Positions 56,937 to 64,000 of a stretch of DNA of 64,000 bases are shown piece by piece. Location: the IMG/VR virus record IMGVR_UViG_3300037484_000374, positions 106,952-170,951 of that record; one strand, 5' to 3'. The position numbers and the translations under genes were made by a program. Numbering within the stretch: the first letter of the stretch is position 1; each line of letters begins with the position of its first letter. Under the pieces are notes generated by a model. It ran no database searches and was not told the DNA's origin. It worked only from the letters and a program-made list of their open reading frames with translations. This DNA comes from a virus.

Positions 56937-58496
56937 TTAAAATCCACCATCTTCTTCATCAAAACCCAATTCCTTGTCCTTTTTAAACCCATCTGAATTA
57001 GCTTTGATCATAGCATCATCCCAATGAAGGTACTCTTTCATGAGGAAATACTTTGAGAATTCAGCGTTATTGGACAGTGTTGAGTAATTACTGGTCTGTG
57101 TTTCCAGTAATTGCTGTTGCATCTGTTGCTTGTATTGGTTAGGTGGAGTCATCTTGATACGTATTTTACTTCTATCAATACCATACTCTTTCTTCAAACC
57201 AGTGAAGTTCAGATGAATCAAGAACAATTCCATGAAAACATTAGTAAATTTACCTTGTTGTCTTTCTAGGAACTTGGCCCATTTAATCTCATCTCTTGTT
57301 ATCTCACCAGTGCTTGTTCCACCAAATACGTTATCACTCTCACGCTTTTCTTGCTGTGCTGTGACTCTTGACATGGGGTATTTCATTGCTCTGTAAAGTT
57401 TACGAGCGAAATAGTAAATATCGTCCAACTCTGCGAACCCTGATGGGTTTCCGCCGATTGATGTAATATCAGAACCATGACCATCAGATGACTGAGGAAG
57501 GAAGAAATTTTCAAGCATGGAGAATATTTCAGGGCTGTTGGTTAACTGTCCTGTCTGTCCATCATAACCAATTTTCTTCGTGAATTTATTTTTAATCTTC
57601 TCTACAAAGGCCATTGACTTATCTTTAGGCATAGAACCTGTGTCGATCTTGAAAACAAGTCTTTCCGGTGCTCTAACTATACGATAAATTATTACTGATG
57701 TTTCCAGTAGCTTCAACGAGTTAAATGGTTGTTTTGTTTTTTCTAAGTAACCTAAAACTTCTGATTTTGTCTTACCATAAATACCATAATCAAGGTATCC
57801 GATCTGATTTGGATCAAATACAATAATCTTTGTGTCTTGTCGGGCCTCTTCGATAGTGGCTGGGCGTTTTGGATTTTGGGTAAGGTATTGATAATATGCT
57901 AACGTTTTACCGGTCTTCGGGTCATATAACCTGTCCATCGTTTCGGTGGGTAATTTCTTTATGGAAACAACACCGTTTCCCGCTCTACCTTCGTGAATTA
58001 TCTGCTCAAAGAAAACTTTTCCATCGATAAAAAATGTTCTCATCAAATCCCATATAATATCATTGATATTCAGGTTTCTGAAAAACAGGTCATTGAAAGC
58101 ATCTGTAATATTCATGACAATGTTTTCGTTCTTTTCCATTTCAGGGTCAGTAATTTCAAGAGAGAGGACGTTACCTTTCTCATCGCTCTGGGTTGATTCT
58201 ATAATGGCATCTTCAACAACGTCAGCAATTTCAGGCATCTCTGACATGCTTCTATAATACAACACGCGCTGAACTTCGCTTTCAAATGAGATATTGATCG
58301 AGTTCTTGTAGAATGTGTTGAAAGATGATATGGACTCCCTGCCATAACCAGTTATAACACTGATATCATCAACACCTTCACCTGCTCTTTTATCAAGGGC
58401 TTTATCAGTAAAACTGTTATCACCCTTGTTACGGAAAGCTTTAATCTCTTCCGTTATTGATTTTGTACCCCATATATCTGGATTCCACCATTTCAT
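56937..58496 (-). CDS. portal protein (T4 gp20-like)
   Basis: IYRIVRAPER.VF.IDTG.MP, YF..KLY.A...P.SR and ITRDE.K motifs. Confidence 0.95.
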   Translation of the reverse strand: MKWWNPDIWGTKSITEEIKAFRNKGDNSFTDKALDKRAGEGVDDISVITGYGRESISSFNTFYKNSINISFESEVQRVLYYRSMSEMPEIADVVEDAIIESTQSDEKGNVLSLEITDPEMEKNENIVMNITDAFNDLFFRNLNINDIIWDLMRTFFIDGKVFFEQIIHEGRAGNGVVSIKKLPTETMDRLYDPKTGKTLAYYQYLTQNPKRPATIEEARQDTKIIVFDPNQIGYLDYGIYGKTKSEVLGYLEKTKQPFNSLKLLETSVIIYRIVRAPERLVFKIDTGSMPKDKSMAFVEKIKNKFTKKIGYDGQTGQLTNSPEIFSMLENFFLPQSSDGHGSDITSIGGNPSGFAELDDIYYFARKLYRAMKYPMSRVTAQQEKRESDNVFGGTSTGEITRDEIKWAKFLERQQGKFTNVFMELFLIHLNFTGLKKEYGIDRSKIRIKMTPPNQYKQQMQQQLLETQTSNYSTLSNNAEFSKYFLMKEYLHWDDAMIKANSDGFKKDKELGFDEEDGGF

Positions 58497-58512
58497 ATTT
58501 TCATCCCTTGTT

Positions 58513-58752
58513 TTATATCACAATTTCTTGTATTTGAAGGTTTCCCTTATAAACATACAATCTATAAAGTTTATTATCATCGGTATCTGTCAATACAAGG
58601 CTGGACTCCCATTGGGAATCACTACCATAATAAAGACCCTTAGATGTGAGGTCATATAATACTCTACCCTCATCCGCTGATGTCCATGTTGGTAATGTTG
58701 ATACCCGTTGAACGAGTATCTTACCTATTGCATCAATTCCGTGAAATTTCAA
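58513..58752 (-). CDS. small virion-associated protein
   Basis: LPTWTSADEGRVLY motif; lies in the structural operon. Confidence 0.55.
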   Translation of the reverse strand: MKFHGIDAIGKILVQRVSTLPTWTSADEGRVLYDLTSKGLYYGSDSQWESSLVLTDTDDNKLYRLYVYKGNLQIQEIVI

Positions 58753-58772
58753 TTTAATTCTCCTTTATAAAC

Positions 58773-59930
58773 TTAGTATATCTCTGAATCTGCGATGTAA
58801 TGAAAACGAACCCAATCATCGTTACCAGCGGCAATGACACCGTTCCACATGATATGGAAGAGATTTTCATTTGCATTGGCTGTCAATGTTGGTAATACCG
58901 CTGTTCCGTTATAAACTGTATCAACTGTACCATCTTCTGTGTTATGAACATATACGGTGGGTGTTTTTACTTTCTTTTGTCTGAAACTCACGGTTTGATA
59001 CCATTCGCCATTGCTGTTGGCCTGTAACAACATACTTCCTGTATTGATCGGGAAGGTGTCTGTTAACAATGAAGTGAGAGAAAGTGATTTCTCGTAATAT
59101 TTTTCACATTCTTCCAACTCAACATCAGCCGAAACCTTTTCATAATCTGTAGCAACAGCACCATCTTCAAGCTGAACCTGTGCTATGTCTATTGTTTGTG
59201 TAGCGTTATTTTTATATCCAAGAAGTAATTGGATATGATCGTCACCATTTGTTCCGAGAGTTTTTCCCAAAACAGATGGAACTGTTACTGTTTTTTCAAC
59301 TTTTGTCCATACTGTTGAAACAGGGATAGCAACATCAAATGCCGTGAAAACATCTACCGATGGGCTTCCACCTGTACCAAAATGCTGACCGAACTGTAAA
59401 AACTCTAATGTTGTATTCACAGCGGCCTTTACCCAAAATGATAATGTTAATGTCATTCCAGCGTATCGACTAACATTTTTAATTCGCTGTCTGATATCTG
59501 TATGTGTAGCAACTGAACCGGCTACACTCTGAACAAATCTTAAATAATACTTTGGATTGTTAGGAACATCACTCTGTCCGAGCAAGAAGTCCTGTCTTGT
59601 GATGTCAAATACACCACCAACACCATCATAATTAAACTGCCATCTATCAGCCGTGTAATCTGCATCACTAACCCCTACGAAAGATGGACCTCTTTGCCAA
59701 ATGTCAAAGTTACTGTCAGTAAGAATATTTTTTCTATGTACGCCGTCAAGGCTAGAGCCATCACCAACAAAATTACCAGCACTAATTGTGCCTGTAGTTG
59801 TTATATCACCTGTGGTGAAAAAACTTGTTGTAACGTGCAAGATTTTTGTGTAAATCTCTGCCCATGCTTTTGCCGCTGTTCCTAATGATCCTTCACCGTC
59901 TGCTCTTGGGACTATGTTCCTTGTTGCCAT
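58773..59930 (-). CDS. tail fibre / carbohydrate-binding virion protein
   Basis: MATRNIVPRADGEG; N...NFDIWQRG...ADRW...QVQLE.G..AT.YE. Confidence 0.75.
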   Translation of the reverse strand: MATRNIVPRADGEGSLGTAAKAWAEIYTKILHVTTSFFTTGDITTTGTISAGNFVGDGSSLDGVHRKNILTDSNFDIWQRGPSFVGVSDADYTADRWQFNYDGVGGVFDITRQDFLLGQSDVPNNPKYYLRFVQSVAGSVATHTDIRQRIKNVSRYAGMTLTLSFWVKAAVNTTLEFLQFGQHFGTGGSPSVDVFTAFDVAIPVSTVWTKVEKTVTVPSVLGKTLGTNGDDHIQLLLGYKNNATQTIDIAQVQLEDGAVATDYEKVSADVELEECEKYYEKSLSLTSLLTDTFPINTGSMLLQANSNGEWYQTVSFRQKKVKTPTVYVHNTEDGTVDTVYNGTAVLPTLTANANENLFHIMWNGVIAAGNDDWVRFHYIADSEIY

Positions 59931-59995
59931 TTAATTCTCCTTTGTGTGCTCCTATCATGTATTTATCATTTCATTCAGAGCTAAATGAAACATTA

Positions 59996-60466
59996 TTAAA
60001 TTTTTATAGTTATTTCCCCTGCATCGCTTTCAAATAAATTATTATCGACAACCACACCCGTTTCTTGGAGATCACCGTTTATATCTTCTTCAAATAAAGC
60101 ATCCGCACCAGCTATTGTTGGTTGAATGTTATCGTTTTGTGTTAGTGAAAATGCATTGTCAGTGTTATGAGTCTGCCATAATTCCCATGTATTTGTTGAT
60201 CTAAATACTTTTAAAACACCGGTTGATGGTTTTACCCATATATCACCGTAATCAACAGCATCAGAAGTTGGGTCTGGCTCTACCTCTTGCATAAACGTTA
60301 TTATTGATCTGGAAACCTTTCTCTTGTATTCAGAACCATACGCAACAATAACGACATCGTTTTCGAAGTCAACGAAGGTGTCATATGGGTTAATGATACT
60401 TGCAGAGGTTGTTTCTGTATTTGTATACGGTACGCCCTTTGCTTTATCAGGGAAATTTATAGACAT
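59996..60466 (-). CDS. hypothetical structural protein
   Basis: GDIWVKP motif; operon position. Confidence 0.6.
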   Translation of the reverse strand: MSINFPDKAKGVPYTNTETTSASIINPYDTFVDFENDVVIVAYGSEYKRKVSRSIITFMQEVEPDPTSDAVDYGDIWVKPSTGVLKVFRSTNTWELWQTHNTDNAFSLTQNDNIQPTIAGADALFEEDINGDLQETGVVVDNNLFESDAGEITIKI

Positions 60467-60701
60467 TAATTCTCTCCTATTATCTTACATTTGTGCATCA
60501 AGGCCAGCACTGTATGTAACTAGCGTTAATTCGTCTTCTGTTATCCATATATCCTCTGCTTCATCCCAAAATTTCAGGATATCATCTGATAAGTCAAACC
60601 ATGCCTTGCCGTGATATAATATTGAAGGTTTGAAATATGATGATATATCAACCTGTCTTTTTCTTGTACCTACTGTTATTCCCATTGCTCAATCCTTTAA
60701 T

Positions 60702-61259
60702 TTATAATTGTCTTCCGATTATTCGTAACAATTTAAAATGACCGTTGTATGTATCGGTGGTTATATTCCTTGTCAACTTCACAGCGATCAAAGAGTCTGT
60801 TGATGGTATGGTATTTTTAGGTATTGTCATACCAAGAGCATTATGTTTCGCTAATTTATTTACATTGGTCGGGCCACTGAATACAAGATCGTTTCCTGTT
60901 ATGGTTGGTCTGTGTTCATCAGAACAAACACCCAAATTCATAATCCATAAACTGGAATTTAGTATCACCTGTTTACCGTAGTCATAGCCATCGAGCACAT
61001 AATAGAGATCAAATATAATATCTCGATCCATCAACCATTTGTAAGGATATTTGAAGTTGAACCATATTGAACCAGTTTCTTCAAACTCGAAATCAAAACA
61101 ATCGAATACATTATTGACATTACCACCAGCAACACCCAACTCGTTATCATCAACTGACATATCAGATGGAAGAATCTCGATATAGTTTATGTCACCAGAC
61201 CAATCAACTTTTGATGCTATCTTCTCTAATAAATTTATTTGTGTTCTTTGTATAATCAT
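60702..61259 (-). CDS. hypothetical structural protein
   Basis: Late promoter at 61276. Confidence 0.65.
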   Translation of the reverse strand: MIIQRTQINLLEKIASKVDWSGDINYIEILPSDMSVDDNELGVAGGNVNNVFDCFDFEFEETGSIWFNFKYPYKWLMDRDIIFDLYYVLDGYDYGKQVILNSSLWIMNLGVCSDEHRPTITGNDLVFSGPTNVNKLAKHNALGMTIPKNTIPSTDSLIAVKLTRNITTDTYNGHFKLLRIIGRQL

Positions 61260-61578
61260 TTTATTACCCTATTTGTATTTATATAAATTATTCGGCTTCT
61301 GGTATAATAATACCAATTGGAACGTAATCGTCTGTAAATTCTTTAACCGGACATGGTCCTGTTCTTAAAGGATATATAGGTGCATTGTATTCTGAAACTG
61401 TATCCCATTCCACACCTATATCCAAACTTATCATATCATCGGTATCTTCTATAAATTCATCCCACTCAGATTTCGCTAAGTCATATTTGTTCATGGGGGT
61501 TGCGGTAACTATTAAGTTATCAATAATACCGTTCTTTATCATATAATATCTATACTCTTTGCTCATATATCCACTCCT

Positions 61579-62250
61579 TTAAATAAGTCCATCTAATTTT
61601 GCTTTATCGGTGGCACTCATGAAACCAGCTATAGATTGTGTTGCCACTGCATGTAATGACCCACCACCACGACTACCATGGGAAGTATCATCAACTATAC
61701 CATCTGGTAAAGTACCGGCGTTTAAATTTGAAGCGTTTCTATAATATGAATCTTCATGGCCATCTAATAAATCTAAATCCAATCCAGAACCAACCCCATC
61801 AACAGTAATCAACAGGTCATGTATTTCACTGGCTGTCTGATCTGCTGTTGCACTTGGTTCTACTGTGTCAAGTTTTGTTTTATCACCTGATGTTAAAAAC
61901 CCATGTGCCCCTGCTGTTGCGTCTGCATGTAAAGCACCACCGGCACGGTCACCATGAGAAGAATTTATAAATATCGATGATAAAACAGTACCAGCATTTA
62001 GATTACCCACATCTGTGTAAAATGAACCATCCTGTCCATCAAGCAAGTCAAGATCAACACCGGTTCCAACCCCATCAACAGTAATCAACAGGTCATGTAT
62101 TTCACTGGCTGTCTGATCTGCTGTTGCACCCGCTTCAATAGCATCTAGTTTGGTCTTATCGGCAACGGACATGAGACCATTGGATAAATGTGTTACAGTG
62201 TCTATGCTTGGAATATCAAGAACACTGGCTTTTGCTTTTGTTATTGCCAT
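61579..62250 (-). CDS. tail-fibre-like repeat protein
   Basis: GLMS..DK.KLD.I..GA and D.DLLDG repeats. Confidence 0.8.
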   Translation of the reverse strand: MAITKAKASVLDIPSIDTVTHLSNGLMSVADKTKLDAIEAGATADQTASEIHDLLITVDGVGTGVDLDLLDGQDGSFYTDVGNLNAGTVLSSIFINSSHGDRAGGALHADATAGAHGFLTSGDKTKLDTVEPSATADQTASEIHDLLITVDGVGSGLDLDLLDGHEDSYYRNASNLNAGTLPDGIVDDTSHGSRGGGSLHAVATQSIAGFMSATDKAKLDGLI

Positions 62251-62259
62251 TTTTTATCC

Positions 62260-63540
62260 TTAATAGTATATTTTACAACCACCAGAACCACCATTACCAC
62301 CTATACACCACCAAACACATGCACCACCACCAGCACCAGAGTTGGCAGGGGCATTATATGCAGGGCTACTACAACAACCACTTCTTGCACCATTACCATT
62401 ATAACCAGCCGCTGAGTCATAATTATCGTGTGCTCCTAGGTAATTATCACCACGGGAAAATTGTCTAAAATTAAAACCACCAGGAATACCACCTGTTGCC
62501 TTTGCGTAGGCATTTACTTGTGTATCTATTATACCACCACCACCACCGGCAACGCTCACAGTATCTCCAAATATTGATGTTTTTGCTGGGCTTCCAAACG
62601 CTGATGTACCACCAGAACCACCATTAACATTATAACCACCTCCAGCACCACCACCACCAATAACAACATATATATTTTCTTCTGGTGTTACGTTTATGGG
62701 AGTAAAGTCAAAATACCACCCACCACCACCACCAGAGGAACCATAATAACCATCGGCACCGGCACCACCACCACCACCACCCCAAATTCTTAAATACACC
62801 CTTTCAACACCGATAGGTACTTGCCACCATTGTGTTGAGGTTAAGTACACTTCTGTAAAAGAGCCAGTGGCACTTAAATTATCTAATTTTGCTTTATCGG
62901 TGGCACTCATGAAACCAGCTATAGATTGTGTTGCCACTGCATGTAATGACCCACCACCACGACTACCATGGGAAGTATTGTTAAATCTGGCCGCTGGTAA
63001 CGTGCCTGTGGTTATATTTGTCGCATTTTGGTAAAATGATCCTTGCTGTCCATCAAGTAGATCACCATCGAGAGCACTTCCAGCACCGTCAACTGTTTTG
63101 ATTGCTGTTAAGATTTCACTTGGTGTTTGATCTGCTGTTGCACCAGCTTCAATAGCATCTAGTTTTGATTTATCAGAAGATAATAGGAACCCATCAACAG
63201 ATTGTGTTGCCACTGCATGTAATGAACCACCCGCTCTATTTCCATGAGATGTGTCATTGAACCTTGCCGCTGGTATAGTACCAGAGTCTAAATTATCAGC
63301 ATTTTGATAAAATGATCCCTGTTGTCCATCAAGTAGATCACCATCAACACCGGTTCCAACCCCATCAACAGTAATCAACAGGTCATGTATTTCACTGGCT
63401 GTCTGATCTGCTGTTGCACCCGCTTCAATAGCATCTAGTTTGGTCTTATCGGCAACGGACATGAGACCATTTTCTAATTGGGTAGCTGTCTGAACATTGC
63501 TTAGATCAATTACACTTCCTTTAACTTTTGTTAATGACAT
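62260..63540 (-). CDS. tail-fibre-like protein with glycine-rich C-terminal domain
   Basis: Same repeats plus WGGGGGG...GGSG. Confidence 0.8.
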   Translation of the reverse strand: MSLTKVKGSVIDLSNVQTATQLENGLMSVADKTKLDAIEAGATADQTASEIHDLLITVDGVGTGVDGDLLDGQQGSFYQNADNLDSGTIPAARFNDTSHGNRAGGSLHAVATQSVDGFLLSSDKSKLDAIEAGATADQTPSEILTAIKTVDGAGSALDGDLLDGQQGSFYQNATNITTGTLPAARFNNTSHGSRGGGSLHAVATQSIAGFMSATDKAKLDNLSATGSFTEVYLTSTQWWQVPIGVERVYLRIWGGGGGGAGADGYYGSSGGGGGWYFDFTPINVTPEENIYVVIGGGGAGGGYNVNGGSGGTSAFGSPAKTSIFGDTVSVAGGGGGIIDTQVNAYAKATGGIPGGFNFRQFSRGDNYLGAHDNYDSAAGYNGNGARSGCCSSPAYNAPANSGAGGGACVWWCIGGNGGSGGCKIYY

Positions 63541-64000
63541 TGTTTATTTTCCTTATTCAAATCTGTATATATTGATCATATTTGATGATCCTTGGAATGT
63601 ATTACTGGTTGTAAGGTAACTTACAATCCAGACATTGCTATTAGATGAACCCCAGTTTTGTGGTGTATTTTTACCAATAGGATATATGAATAACCATCTG
63701 TGTCATGTACATGAAATATGTTACCAGCACCCCCATGAGCTTGTAATATTATTTCCGCTTCCCGTGTATCTACCATTATGCAAAATTAACATAATACCCC
63801 CCCCCCTTTTTTTTATTGATAAATAATCCCGTTATTTGTTAATGTGTTAACATCTTGTCCATAGTTTACTGTGCCTAGCGTATTTACAGGATTCGCCGCA
63901 CCCATCATGCTACCAGAAGACACATTATATGAAAAGATAGCGCTGCCAGTGTGCGATGCATTGGCAGACAGGGCGTTGATAGTTGATGCTTGATAAGCAT

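Noticed and set aside
61579-63540. Diversity-generating retroelement TR/VR pair
   Set aside because: The repeat blocks are identical rather than adenine-mutated, and no reverse transcriptase is in the window
1-64000. Genome-wide stop-codon reassignment (TGA or TAG)
   Set aside because: Core genes are uninterrupted in code 11, many genes end in TGA or TAG with coupled downstream starts, and no suppressor tRNA was seen

Overview
The window is part of an AT-rich, T4-like large myophage genome. Its host is probably an anaerobic Gram-negative bacterium, inferred from NrdD/NrdG and an outer-membrane-barrel gene. Layout: (i) 1-7.7 kb, two tRNA arrays (about 17 full tRNAs, several atypical) mixed with small genes; (ii) 7.7-23.5 kb, replication and nucleotide genes (resolvase, Prs, RNase H, dUTPase, intein-bearing NrdD, NrdG, primase); (iii) 22-31.5 kb, a glycan cluster (SqdB-like, glycosyltransferases, GalE); (iv) 32.3-36.8 kb, a GC-richer array of small genes separated by integron attC-like sites, with no integrase in the window; (v) 37-44 kb, a decayed TnpB and a C-M-R restriction-modification unit with a broken REase; (vi) 44-64 kb on the minus strand, more glycan genes, the head module gp20-gp21(intein)-gp22-gp23 and tail-fibre-like genes. 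The best candidate for a new system is a late-promoter, leader-peptide attenuator (3681-3857) in front of the second tRNA array; its codon content mirrors the tRNAs downstream of it. Two further candidates are the phage-borne attC cassette array and a possible capsid-targeted selenoprotein (in-frame TGA plus SECIS-like hairpin, 8954-9235). All family assignments come from motif recognition by eye; no searches were run.
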